From contig VMFK01000005.1 of assembly GCA_007375995.1 (NCBI GenBank), forward strand, positions 1 through 33,748: a stretch of DNA of 33,748 nucleotides, written 5' to 3'. The DNA is from Parcubacteria group bacterium Gr01-1014_56. Lineage in GTDB: Bacteria; Patescibacteriota; Minisyncoccia; Phycocordibacterales; SBAW01. Shown piece after piece: positions 1 through 8,835 of the stretch (its first letter is position 1; each line of letters starts with the position of its first letter). A program made the position numbers and the translations under genes. A model generated the notes under the pieces. The model did not search any database. It was not told the DNA's origin and saw nothing but the letters and a program-made list of their open reading frames with translations.

Positions 1-278
1 CTATCGGCTCACAAAAAATAATCGGTGTGTACCAGGGCGTTGTTGGTAACGCTACCTTACTTGCAGGAGACGGGGTCTTTAATTCTGCCACTTTGATACA
101 AGAAGACATGGTGGCTTTTGGCACTCCGCCACAGGACCAAGACTTCTTTGCTGTAGTTTGGGATTATAACTTGTTTGGTGCCTCAACGGGCGAGCTGGGT
201 ACAGCACTCTCAACTGGTACCGCTCTCCCTGCGGGCGCGGTACTCGGACAAAATTACTATGTGCTGACGTGGAAGTGG
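1..278 (+). repeat. Diverged duplication of ~935-1212 (shared N-terminal domain coding sequence)
   Basis: ctatcggctcacaaaaaataatcg occurs at both 1 and 935; colinear similarity continues to cgtggaagtgg (WKW). Confidence 0.9.
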
Positions 279-671
279 CAGGCGCCAGCGCCTCCACCAC
301 CAGCCCTTACGTTCGGCGGGTTCCTCCAACCAATCAATAACACCGGGCACGAAATTACAGAAAACACGAGTGTCTTTAAGGCAGGGAGTACCGTGCCGGT
401 AAAGTTTACGCTGCTTGATGCAAGCGGAGCAGTCGTGCAAGTTCCTGACGAGATACCGTGGGTAGTGCCTGTGCAAGGGCCGGCACTCAGTGCCCCCGTG
501 AGTGAGGCCGCCTACAGCGACCAGCCCTCAAGTGGGAGCGCCTACAGCTGGAATGGCGACCATTACCAGTACAATTGGAAGACGAGCAAAACGCAAAGCG
601 GCTATTGGTACTACCTGTATGTGCTCCCTGGAGACGGGAATGTCTACCAAACCATCGTTGGCTTACGATAA
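3..671 (+). CDS. 5'-partial secreted/surface protein with C-terminal PxKF-type domain
   Basis: Frame is open from the window edge (IGSQKIIGVYQG...). A Pro-rich linker precedes FGGFLQPIN...GSTVPVKF...YQYNWKT, typical of PxKF domains. The N-terminal part is paralogous to the next gene. Confidence 0.7.
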   Translation: MGSQKIIGVYQGVVGNATLLAGDGVFNSATLIQEDMVAFGTPPQDQDFFAVVWDYNLFGASTGELGTALSTGTALPAGAVLGQNYYVLTWKWQAPAPPPPALTFGGFLQPINNTGHEITENTSVFKAGSTVPVKFTLLDASGAVVQVPDEIPWVVPVQGPALSAPVSEAAYSDQPSSGSAYSWNGDHYQYNWKTSKTQSGYWYYLYVLPGDGNVYQTIVGLR

Positions 672-726
672 CCTCGCCCTCTAGTCAATTGCACTGAGTT
701 TTGCTTTGTGGTTGTATGCTCGCATC

Positions 727-2877
727 ATGCGACGCACAGCCACCATACTCTTTTGCGCCCTGTGCTTCCTGCTTTCAGGCTCTGTGGCATCGGCTAACAC
801 TACTGTCCTCTCCAATGACCCCTCATATGCCTTAGCGCCCTTCTCCTTTTATTGCCAGCCATATAAGTACTCTTTTGAGAACAACAAACACTATGTCCCC
901 ACCGACGGCCCCTGTGCATTTTCTATGCCCAGCACTATCGGCTCACAAAAAATAATCGCCGTCTACCAGGGTGCGGTGGGTAACGCCACCCTACTTGCGG
1001 GAGACGGGGTATTTAACACTGCAACTCTGGTACAGGAAGATCTTGTTGCTTTTGGCGCGCCTGTACAGGATCAAGACTACTTTGCTGTGGTGTGGGACTA
1101 TGATTTGTTTGGCGGTTCAACTGGGGCATTGGGTCAGGCACTCGCAACTGGCACGGCTCTCCCCGTAGATGCGGTGCTCGGACAAAATTATTTTATTTTA
1201 CCGTGGAAGTGGGGTACAAAACCCCCGAGTGAGTACGAGCCGGTTGTTATTATCCCCGGCATCTTGGGCTCGTGGGAGAAAAACGGCGAGTGGGTTGTCG
1301 ACCCGATACTCCACACCTACGACAACTTAATAGACACGTTTCTTGCTAATGGATACGTAGAGAATCAAACGCTGTTTAGGTTTGGGTACAACTGGGAGGA
1401 GCCAAACGAGGTCAGTGCACACATGCTCGCAAACAAAATCCAGCAAATCAAACAAACCTGCGCCTGCTCGCATGTAGATATAGTCGCCCATTCGATGGGC
1501 GGTCTGGTTGCGCTCTACTACATAGAGAACAGCGAGTACCAAAACGACGTCGGCCAACTCTTTTTAGTGGCTACTCCCCTCTCCGGCGCACCCAAGGCTT
1601 ACAAAACTTGGGAAGGTGGTGAGGTTGATTTTGGGGAACCAATTCCAAATGCTTTTATGCAAACAAAGTTCTGGCTAGAGGCGCGCGGGAGTGGGTACGC
1701 AAGTGTTTTTGACTACATACGAAACAGACCGATTGAATCAATTCATGAGCTATTGCCTGTCTATAACAACTATCTCTCTACTGCCACCACAACACTCCAG
1801 TATCCAACAGGCTATCCAATTAATGGATTTTTAGAAACTATAATCGCAAAACTTAACCAGGTATATGGAAAGGTGCGTGTTAATACTATCCTTGCGGATA
1901 CTCTACTCAACACTACAATCAGTGGTTTTTTGATTGAACCCTCGACAGAATTACCAAAATGGGAGCATGGGAAGATAGTCGGGACCTTTTTCAGCGCTGG
2001 GGATGGTACAGTGCCACGCACAAGTATCGAAAATATTATTGGAGTTGCAGATAAAGAGTTTGATGGGGTAAATCATTTACAGGTTGTAGCAACGAGTTCC
2101 AGTTATATTTTCGAAAACCTAAACAACAACGGTCCCACAACAATTATTAACAAAACATATAGAGTCGTCACTTCTTTCCTTTATTTTAAACTCTTTTCTC
2201 CGATAGACATGCAAATCGTTGCTCCGGATGGTAAGCGGTTAGGTAAAGATTTCTCAACAAACACAGAGATTAATGAAATCCCAGATGCTTTTTATTCGGG
2301 CTTCAGCACTGGCAACGAATATGCCGTCATCGTTAACCCCATACCTGGAAACTACAGCCTTCAGACCATCGGCACGGGAAGCGGTGGTGCATACACCATC
2401 ATCACAGGCTACGGCGATAGTGCGACAACAACACAAGCAGAAATTACGAGTTCGACAACTCCCGCTCAAGTTATAAATCACACACTCGCTTTTTCTTCAA
2501 CTTCGACCGTTTTAACTCTCACAAAAGAAACTCCCCCACCCCCTCCACCTGTTGCTCTAACTCCCGACAGCTGTATCGGTGATATGACCAAGGCATATAA
2601 AAACAAGTGGATCACTAAAAAGGCTGTATATGAGGGGCTCGTATTTGACTGCAAGGCTCTTAGAGACCTCTTTAAGACAAGGGACAGTATAGAAAAGGTA
2701 CCTTTGGCTAACCGCACCAAAGCTCAAAAAGCTCTCCTCTCTGCTACTTATGAGGGTATCAAACGTGTCCTTGCACATATGGACCTGTTGGCAAAGGACA
2801 AGACTAATACACAAGACGCGGTATTATTAATCCACTCATATACAACATGGTTCAGAGATCACGAACTACATCAATAA
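727..2877 (+). CDS. Secreted lipase/LCAT/PGAP1-like alpha/beta hydrolase
   Basis: Signal-peptide-like N-terminus; PVVIIPGILGS oxyanion motif, AHSMGG nucleophile elbow, GDGTVP, VNH. ATG 727 preferred over the ORF-track start 706. Confidence 0.8.
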   Translation: MRRTATILFCALCFLLSGSVASANTTVLSNDPSYALAPFSFYCQPYKYSFENNKHYVPTDGPCAFSMPSTIGSQKIIAVYQGAVGNATLLAGDGVFNTATLVQEDLVAFGAPVQDQDYFAVVWDYDLFGGSTGALGQALATGTALPVDAVLGQNYFILPWKWGTKPPSEYEPVVIIPGILGSWEKNGEWVVDPILHTYDNLIDTFLANGYVENQTLFRFGYNWEEPNEVSAHMLANKIQQIKQTCACSHVDIVAHSMGGLVALYYIENSEYQNDVGQLFLVATPLSGAPKAYKTWEGGEVDFGEPIPNAFMQTKFWLEARGSGYASVFDYIRNRPIESIHELLPVYNNYLSTATTTLQYPTGYPINGFLETIIAKLNQVYGKVRVNTILADTLLNTTISGFLIEPSTELPKWEHGKIVGTFFSAGDGTVPRTSIENIIGVADKEFDGVNHLQVVATSSSYIFENLNNNGPTTIINKTYRVVTSFLYFKLFSPIDMQIVAPDGKRLGKDFSTNTEINEIPDAFYSGFSTGNEYAVIVNPIPGNYSLQTIGTGSGGAYTIITGYGDSATTTQAEITSSTTPAQVINHTLAFSSTSTVLTLTKETPPPPPPVALTPDSCIGDMTKAYKNKWITKKAVYEGLVFDCKALRDLFKTRDSIEKVPLANRTKAQKALLSATYEGIKRVLAHMDLLAKDKTNTQDAVLLIHSYTTWFRDHELHQ

Positions 2878-3260
2878 TTTTGGAAATTCTTTCTAGAATA
2901 CTCCTACTCGTGGTTGCGATAGGGATTGGGGCATTTTTCTTCCAAATCACCATTCATAATTTTGTGATGGAAACGTTGAAGTACCAATTGCCTTCAGGGT
3001 TTTTTGGATTTACTTTTGCTGATTGGAGTATCTCTTGGTTTATTTCGACGTCTTTCCTTGCTGGGGCTATCTTTGGAACGCTCGGGAAAAGAATAGACTA
3101 CATTTTCGTAATTACACTTTTTGTTCTTGCCTCTCTTGACTTCTTCTACACAGAAAATATGACTCCCCTTGTTTATTCAGGCCTTGTAGGAGCGACACTT
3201 ATAGGCAACGTGATTGGCTTCATTTTAAAACTCCTGCGGGCAAAATATTTTGCAAAGTAA
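2847..3260 (+). CDS. Small membrane protein (~4 TM helices)
   Basis: Four hydrophobic segments; overlaps or abuts the lipase stop. Alternative start TTG 2880. Confidence 0.7.
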   Translation: MVQRSRTTSIILEILSRILLLVVAIGIGAFFFQITIHNFVMETLKYQLPSGFFGFTFADWSISWFISTSFLAGAIFGTLGKRIDYIFVITLFVLASLDFFYTENMTPLVYSGLVGATLIGNVIGFILKLLRAKYFAK

Positions 3261-3308
3261 CTTTTCTCATCAAATTCCGCAAGGCTTTCCTGACACTCCT
3301 TGAAGTAA

Positions 3309-4322
3309 TTAAAAAGGTATATTATCATGATCAATCTCGAGATCATCGACTTTCCTTTTTTTAATCACCCACGGGGTAGCTTTGTTTACTTCATATGCAG
3401 AGAGGTAATTTGCTTTTAAGCTTTCCGGGTCTTGCTCAGCAATAAATACCTCAGGCATAGATAATATGATTAACTCCGCAATATTGATATTTTTTGACGC
3501 AATAAGTTTATATATGTTTGGTGTATCAACCGGAATAGTAGTACGGTCAGTGTGTCTTACGTCTGATATCTGATTTGAGAGCTCTTTTGAGTTTTTTACT
3601 GTCTCGCTTAACAGACTAGCTAGTTTTTTAACATTCGCTGAACCTGTCCATCTTTCTGCCACTTTTACACACAGTTTTTCTGCGTAATCTTTTGTTTTCT
3701 CTTTAGATTTAGGGCTGCTAAAAATTAACTGTAAAATTTCAGCTGAAGTTTTTGCTGATACTTCAAAATTTGGTTCTGTGACTCTTTGTTGCTGATAATA
3801 ATGATATATTTTTTGCTTTAACAATTTCTCCTTAACTATAGGAGCAATCGACCGCAGGCCTGAGCTTTCAGTATTAATGATCATAAAACTATGTAATGCA
3901 AATTTACAGTTTTCTTCTTTAAAAATTTTATTAAAACGCTCTACCAAATCTTCACGTTTTTCTTTCTGAGCAAAAATTAATACAAGTTCAATTAGATCAA
4001 ATACTTTGCTATCGCATTTCTTTTCCGTCTTTAGTTCCAAACTTTCAAAGTTTATAAATTCAGTAATGTCATACCCTGCCTCCATTAGGGTTAGTTCCTT
4101 TATTGGTAGTTCGTAAAAATAATACTCCTTTTTAACTTCATCATTGACGAGCAAAAATCTTTCCAGATATTTGTCTGTTTTAGAAATATATTTAATTAAT
4201 TGCAAAAGACGCTTTCTAACAGGGTCAGCTAGAAAAGAATCTTCTTCCCTCTCTGCTTGCCTTAGAAAAACTCCTTGATTTCTATAAAGTCTAACTTCGT
4301 TTCTTTTTGAATAAAGTTCCAT
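3309..4322 (-). CDS. AbiJ-like/HEPN-type putative abortive-infection protein with SSB-like acidic tail
   Basis: AT-rich 337-aa ORF; N-terminus LYSKRN resembles AbiJ N-terminal domains; SDVRH motif; ends EIDHDNIPF. Confidence 0.5.
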   Translation of the reverse strand: MELYSKRNEVRLYRNQGVFLRQAEREEDSFLADPVRKRLLQLIKYISKTDKYLERFLLVNDEVKKEYYFYELPIKELTLMEAGYDITEFINFESLELKTEKKCDSKVFDLIELVLIFAQKEKREDLVERFNKIFKEENCKFALHSFMIINTESSGLRSIAPIVKEKLLKQKIYHYYQQQRVTEPNFEVSAKTSAEILQLIFSSPKSKEKTKDYAEKLCVKVAERWTGSANVKKLASLLSETVKNSKELSNQISDVRHTDRTTIPVDTPNIYKLIASKNINIAELIILSMPEVFIAEQDPESLKANYLSAYEVNKATPWVIKKRKVDDLEIDHDNIPF

Positions 4323-4371
4323 GCTTTACTTTGTGATTTATAAGTTCTTTAGGGACTGGATCTATCTCAAA

Positions 4372-4432
4372 CTGGCTAGGTTCTTTGGATTCGGACTTAC
4401 CTTACATCTATAAAAGACTCTTGTCTATAAAA
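4372..4432 (-). repeat. 61-bp repeat copy A (promoter plus tRNA-3'-like segment)
   Basis: 49/61 identical to 5960-6020, ungapped. On the minus strand contains TAGACA-17-TAAGGT. Confidence 0.8.
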
Positions 4433-4443
4433 GAACCAGTAGG

Positions 4444-4467
4444 TAAGCTATTTTGCAAAATAGCTTA
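4444..4467. repeat. Perfect 24-bp palindrome (terminator or operator)
   Basis: TAAGCTATTTTG CAAAATAGCTTA, just downstream of the HIT gene stop. Confidence 0.75.
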
Positions 4468-4477
4468 GTATCTCTTT

Positions 4478-4927
4478 TTATTTCAAACCCTTTTTGATTT
4501 TTTCAATCAATTCTTCTTTCTCCTGTTTTGAGTATTCAATGGTCTGATCTTTTCTTAGGTATTTGAAGTCCCACATCATTTCTTCGTTTGGGATCGGCAC
4601 TACATGAAAGTGTAAGTGCTCTACCGCAAGCCCACTGCTAATAATCGCAATGCGGAACGGGTTAAAAATGTTTCTAAGTACTGTGTCTAATTTTCGAACT
4701 AGGAGTATCAACTCCTTACTTTGTGTCTCGCTCAGTTCAGAAAGGCTTTTGACATGCTTCTTTGGAGCACAAATCAGGTGTCCTGGCACAGCGGAGAAAG
4801 CGTCTAAAACTACAACAAAATCAGAGTCTTCAAACAAAACAGTAGCAGTGGACAAATCACAAAGAAAACACTTCTGTTTTTTCAACCCCTCCACAAAAGT
4901 TCGGTTATTTCTGGTTACTTTCTTCAT
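4478..4927 (-). CDS. HIT family hydrolase
   Basis: CFLC Zn motif, PGHL..PK.H, HLHFH histidine triad. Confidence 0.9.
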   Translation of the reverse strand: MKKVTRNNRTFVEGLKKQKCFLCDLSTATVLFEDSDFVVVLDAFSAVPGHLICAPKKHVKSLSELSETQSKELILLVRKLDTVLRNIFNPFRIAIISSGLAVEHLHFHVVPIPNEEMMWDFKYLRKDQTIEYSKQEKEELIEKIKKGLK

Positions 4928-4951
4928 ACTCTAATACTCCTCTCTGCACGC

Positions 4952-5233
4952 CTAATGTTTTTCGGCCACAATGCACCGACAACCCTTTGAACCTACTTTT
5001 GCTTCGTGAGGTTGATGCCGCGGTATTACTACTTCGCTCCCGCTTTTATAAAGCGTGTTGGATAGAAAGCTATCAACCGCTGTTCTTATTTGGATTTCAC
5101 CAGTAATAATTACGAGTTTAGTATCAAAATCATGCTTGTGCTCTTCATCAAATTCTCCAGGCTCCGCGTCCCATACATATACTTTTTGATACCCTTCGGA
5201 CTTTAATTTTTCTATGATCTCCTGTTCTTTCAT
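4952..5233 (-). CDS. Cupin domain protein
   Basis: EHKHDFDT..I.GEI and IP..QPHEAKVG motifs; start MKEQ at 5233 preferred. Confidence 0.8.
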   Translation of the reverse strand: MKEQEIIEKLKSEGYQKVYVWDAEPGEFDEEHKHDFDTKLVIITGEIQIRTAVDSFLSNTLYKSGSEVVIPRHQPHEAKVGSKGCRCIVAEKH

Positions 5234-5240
5234 ATGATGA

Positions 5241-5711
5241 TTATTCTTTCCACTCCTCAATCTTCCATTTGTCGAAGCTGTTCCCCTCTTTATTAAAATA
5301 AAATTCCGCTTTAAACTTCTTTCCTTCTAGTACAAGCGGGAGCCAATATTTGTCGTCTACCCACATTAACTCATAGGGGACATTTTCGAATAAGTACCAC
5401 TCGGGCTTCATCTCCTCTGTCTCCGTGGGCTCCCCCTCCCACTTTTTAGTAAGAAAGATATGACACTCCTGGTCCCACTCAGGTTTATCATAAAAATGGA
5501 AGTCGATGATGCCTACCTTTTCTAAATCTTGTTTTTCTATCTTTACTCCTATTTCCTCTTCTGTTTCCCGAACAATTGCATCTTGGGGTGTCTCAGCGCT
5601 GTGGAGCTTCCCCCCGACACCATTCCATTTGTCCTTACCAAAACCTCTCTTCTTCATTGCAAGTAGTATCTTGTCGCCATCTATTAAAAAGTTGAGCGTG
5701 GTTATAGTCAT
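5241..5711 (-). CDS. NUDIX hydrolase, MTH1/8-oxo-dGTPase-like
   Basis: LLAMKKRGFG..KWNGVGGK...RETEEEIG Nudix box; ETEEMKPEW and MWVDD motifs. Confidence 0.9.
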   Translation of the reverse strand: MTITTLNFLIDGDKILLAMKKRGFGKDKWNGVGGKLHSAETPQDAIVRETEEEIGVKIEKQDLEKVGIIDFHFYDKPEWDQECHIFLTKKWEGEPTETEEMKPEWYLFENVPYELMWVDDKYWLPLVLEGKKFKAEFYFNKEGNSFDKWKIEEWKE

Positions 5712-5730
5712 AAAATATCTTTGGACTTAT

Positions 5731-5940
5731 TTATCCCAGCATATAGATTAAAAGACTTAGAAAAGCTATGCCCCAGAATAACGTCCAAAATGTCTGGTAC
5801 TTTAGACCGGACCATTCTGGCCAAAAATTAATTTTTCTTTTCAGGAAGAACTGCTCAACTCCAAAAAAGTAAATCAGGTGGATGAGTAGGTCATACCCTA
5901 TCATCCCGAGAACAATGTAAAGAAAAAAATCTTGTCTCAT
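5731..5940 (-). CDS. Small 2-TM membrane protein
   Basis: Two hydrophobic stretches; ATG 5940 lies 6 nt after TACTGT. Confidence 0.6.
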   Translation of the reverse strand: MRQDFFLYIVLGMIGYDLLIHLIYFFGVEQFFLKRKINFWPEWSGLKYQTFWTLFWGIAFLSLLIYMLG

Positions 5941-5959
5941 TTTTATACAGTATAACTTG

Positions 5960-6020
5960 CTAGCTGGGTTCTTTGGAGTCGCACTTACCATATACCTACA
6001 AAAGGTAGTTGTCTATAAAA
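5960..6020 (-). repeat. 61-bp repeat copy B
   Basis: Homologous to 4372-4432; TAGACA-17-TATGGT on the minus strand. Confidence 0.8.
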
Positions 6021-6026
6021 AGATGC

Positions 6027-6053
6027 GGGCGGGGGCAGTAGATGCTCCCGCCC
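6027..6053. terminator. Intrinsic terminator hairpin
   Basis: GGGCGGGGGCA-gtaga-TGCTCCCGCCC flanked by A and T runs, downstream of the 6078-6473 gene. Confidence 0.7.
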
Positions 6054-6077
6054 TTTTATTTTGCTGTTGTTTGCAGT

Positions 6078-6473
6078 TTAGTTGGAGGTGATCTTCGAAA
6101 CCTCAACACCGCGGGCTTGGTTGGGATCAAGATATTCGCCACTGTACTGCCCATCGCCCAAAGGCCTGAAAGTTATCGCGTAGGGCATGTCATCCGGCCC
6201 AACGTGCTCTCTGCCATCGGCGAGGATAAACTCGCACTCAATAGTCTTGCCGTTGTCGTTGATTATATAGGCTTCGAAGACTGCCCCCGAAAACGTGCCG
6301 AGTCTGCCTTCCTTCTTGTACTTTGCAACACCTTTACAAAGCGGATGTTTGAATTCTATCCGAGCTGCACCGCGGTAAGAGCGCAGATATGCAGCCGCCA
6401 CTTCCTCCAGCACCAGTATTTGATGCCCTGAAATAGTTGGACCTGTTGAGTTAACAATCACGCTGCCCCACAT
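6078..6473 (-). CDS. Hypothetical protein
   Basis: ATG 6473 preceded by SD-like AAAGGGAGG; followed by a terminator. Confidence 0.6.
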   Translation of the reverse strand: MWGSVIVNSTGPTISGHQILVLEEVAAAYLRSYRGAARIEFKHPLCKGVAKYKKEGRLGTFSGAVFEAYIINDNGKTIECEFILADGREHVGPDDMPYAITFRPLGDGQYSGEYLDPNQARGVEVSKITSN

Positions 6474-6557
6474 TTGGAGCCTCCCTTTCTGGCGAATATA
6501 CGCCAATGAGCCAAAGCGCACTATACAATTTCTATACAAAACCGCAATCAATACTTT

Positions 6558-6578
6558 TACCGAGGTTGAACCTCGGTA
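6558..6578. repeat. GGT-NNN-ACC REP-like hairpin
   Basis: TACCGAGGT-TGA-ACCTCGGTA. Confidence 0.7.
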
Positions 6579-6588
6579 TTTTTAGATC

Positions 6589-7206
6589 CTACAACCCCTT
6601 AGTCTCCTTTTTAATCATCCTGACGATTTCTGGAAATTTGGATATATTAAAGTGTCCATTTTTACTCTTGTATACAACGATGTGCGCATTTTTTAACTTC
6701 CGTCTGTATTTTTCAGCATGAGCAACCGGCACAACATCGTCATCTTTTGAAAACAGCAGGTGGAGATTCTTGGAGTTTTTCTCAAGTAGAGATAAGTCGG
6801 TTTTAAGCTTAAAACCACCAACTAAGTCCTCTTCAGGTAGGGTATCATCAAAAGGTGCGCAAACTAGATATACCGACAGTGCTTTTTTAGGTAATTTTTT
6901 TTCAGAGAGATATTTTGCGAGAAAAATTCCACCAAGGGAGGAACCAATCAAAATAAAATCATTCTTTAAAAGAGGAGTGTACCTCTCGAAGAAGATTTTC
7001 CAGTCTGCATATTTTGCGTTGTCCTGCAGGGGCATACGAGGCCTGATGATTTCAAAATTTTTACTTAATTTCTCTTCGAGGTCAGCCTCCCAGTATGGCT
7101 TTTTCTTAGTTGTGACCTTTTTAGTTTTCAGATGGTGCAAATAATCCTTCCGGTTCTTGAAGGTCATACCGCCATGGACCATGAATATCTGAACCTTCTT
7201 TTTCAT
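6589..7206 (-). CDS. RBBP9/YdeN-family alpha/beta hydrolase
   Basis: VHGG, GSSLGG, SKDDDVVP, GHF motifs. Confidence 0.85.
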   Translation of the reverse strand: MKKKVQIFMVHGGMTFKNRKDYLHHLKTKKVTTKKKPYWEADLEEKLSKNFEIIRPRMPLQDNAKYADWKIFFERYTPLLKNDFILIGSSLGGIFLAKYLSEKKLPKKALSVYLVCAPFDDTLPEEDLVGGFKLKTDLSLLEKNSKNLHLLFSKDDDVVPVAHAEKYRRKLKNAHIVVYKSKNGHFNISKFPEIVRMIKKETKGL

Positions 7207-7210
7207 ATAT

Positions 7211-7966
7211 TTATTTTTGCTTTAGGGCTTCGGGGTGTTTGGCGCTCCAGGCAAAGAGGGTTATTGCCGCTGCTGCGGCAACATTGAGAGACTCGCACTT
7301 GGGGTTGAGGGGGATCGAGAGCACTGTGTCGCAAAGTGCGCGCAAGTGTCCGGGGATACCTTCGCCCTCGTTCCCTAGGATAAACACGCTCGGCGTATCA
7401 AAAGATTCTCCGGCGATTGACTTCGCTCCCTCCCCCGCCAAACCGTAGATTTTAAAGCCGCGCTTTTTAAGGTCGCTAATTGTTTGCTGCAGCTTGGTGA
7501 CAGAGACAAGCGGGACTCTAAACGCCATCCCCGCCGAGACTTTTATTACTGCCCCGCTCACCGGCGCTTGGTTCTGCTCTGGCATGAGTACGCCCCCCGC
7601 ACCAAACCCGGCCGCAGTGCGGATAATCGCACCAACATTGTGCGGGTCTACAACACCGCTGAGGAGTACGAGCGAGGTGTGCGGCACAACTGAAAGTTGC
7701 TCGATAAACTTTTCATACGGCACGACAAGCTCGCTTAGCAAAATTTGCGCGACCACGCCTTGGTGCGAGGCGCCGCTCTTCATGTCTGCTTTTGCTTGAC
7801 CCTCGGAGAGCTGGCCCACCGCGATACCTGAGCTCAAAATAAGTTTACGCAAAGCAGGGTCGACTGCTTTCGGGTCGAAAAAGATTTTATTTATCGCCTT
7901 GGGCGCAAATTGAAGCGCCTCTTCAAGCGCGTGTTTGCCATATATATAAACTTTATTGAGCTTCAT
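7211..7966 (-). CDS. rlmB: SPOUT TrmH-family RNA 2'-O-methyltransferase (RlmB-like)
   Basis: YGKHA..EAL, HQGVVA, DPHNVGAIIRTA, GNEGEG, ESLNVA motifs. Confidence 0.85.
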   Translation of the reverse strand: MKLNKVYIYGKHALEEALQFAPKAINKIFFDPKAVDPALRKLILSSGIAVGQLSEGQAKADMKSGASHQGVVAQILLSELVVPYEKFIEQLSVVPHTSLVLLSGVVDPHNVGAIIRTAAGFGAGGVLMPEQNQAPVSGAVIKVSAGMAFRVPLVSVTKLQQTISDLKKRGFKIYGLAGEGAKSIAGESFDTPSVFILGNEGEGIPGHLRALCDTVLSIPLNPKCESLNVAAAAAITLFAWSAKHPEALKQK

Positions 7967-8031
7967 TGAGCTTACCGTACCAGATACAAAGTATTTTAGC
8001 GAAGGGGTGGCTGTATAACCCCACCCGAGGA

Positions 8032-8490
8032 TTAAGGGGTCAGTTTTTTTATATTCGAAATATACCTGACCTCGTTTGACAATATTTCTCCATTCTTAAA
8101 ATCTTCAGCAATTTTTTGTGGGAGGATTCGAATAGTATCCGTTATATCAGCCCAGCATATATCAAATAGTTCATGTGCGTGAGATCTCGTAAGTTTTTCA
8201 AAGTCTATATACTCCTTGGCATTAATTACCTCAAAGAAAAATTCAACTGGTTGAACATTTCCCTTATCAATAAAGGTATTTATGTAGAGCAGCTTCCCTA
8301 TCTTAGGTTCAATTCCAAGTTCTTCAAGAATCTCTCTACGCAAACATTCTTTTACATCTTCCCCGGAGTTCAGATGGCCTCCAGGCAAAGCGTAATAATC
8401 TGCCTCCCTTGTGTGTTTTACGACTAACAATTTACCGTCATTAAGAATGACTCCCCTGCACCGTATAATAAATTTTTCGTGAGCGTTCAT
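8032..8490 (-). CDS. NUDIX hydrolase
   Basis: LPGGHLNSGED...REILEELG Nudix box. Confidence 0.9.
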   Translation of the reverse strand: MNAHEKFIIRCRGVILNDGKLLVVKHTREADYYALPGGHLNSGEDVKECLRREILEELGIEPKIGKLLYINTFIDKGNVQPVEFFFEVINAKEYIDFEKLTRSHAHELFDICWADITDTIRILPQKIAEDFKNGEILSNEVRYISNIKKLTP

Positions 8491-8493
8491 AAT

Positions 8494-8835
8494 TTATTCT
8501 AACTCAAAACCAAGCAACCCAAATTGTGGAATTTCTTTATCATAATTAGGATAAGAGGCATATATTTTCTTCATTTCTTCAACCGACTCAATGCGCGGCA
8601 TTATTTTTTTGAAAGGAATTTCTGCAAGCATTGCGTCAATACTAGGCCAGTAGTATTTCTTCAAGACTTTTTTTGTAAATGTATCATCACCACAAACAAA
8701 CTCTAGATTATCCCCTTCTGTAATAATCTGATATTTCGATTTTGCAGCCCGAGTCTCAATAACCTTCAGTCCACTTCGCACATCCTCAAACCCCTCTCTG
8801 TCTACTTCCCTAAACTCCAATACGCGGGCTTTCAT
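8494..8835 (-). CDS. ASCH/PUA-like domain protein
   Basis: FEDVRSGLKVIETR (GxKxxExR) motif, GD.LEF. Confidence 0.8.
   Translation of the reverse strand: MKARVLEFREVDREGFEDVRSGLKVIETRAAKSKYQIITEGDNLEFVCGDDTFTKKVLKKYYWPSIDAMLAEIPFKKIMPRIESVEEMKKIYASYPNYDKEIPQFGLLGFELE

Noticed and set aside
4373..5983. tRNA genes at the two tRNA-like segments
   Set aside because: Only 23 nt resemble a tRNA 3' end; no D arm, anticodon arm or complementary acceptor 5' strand.
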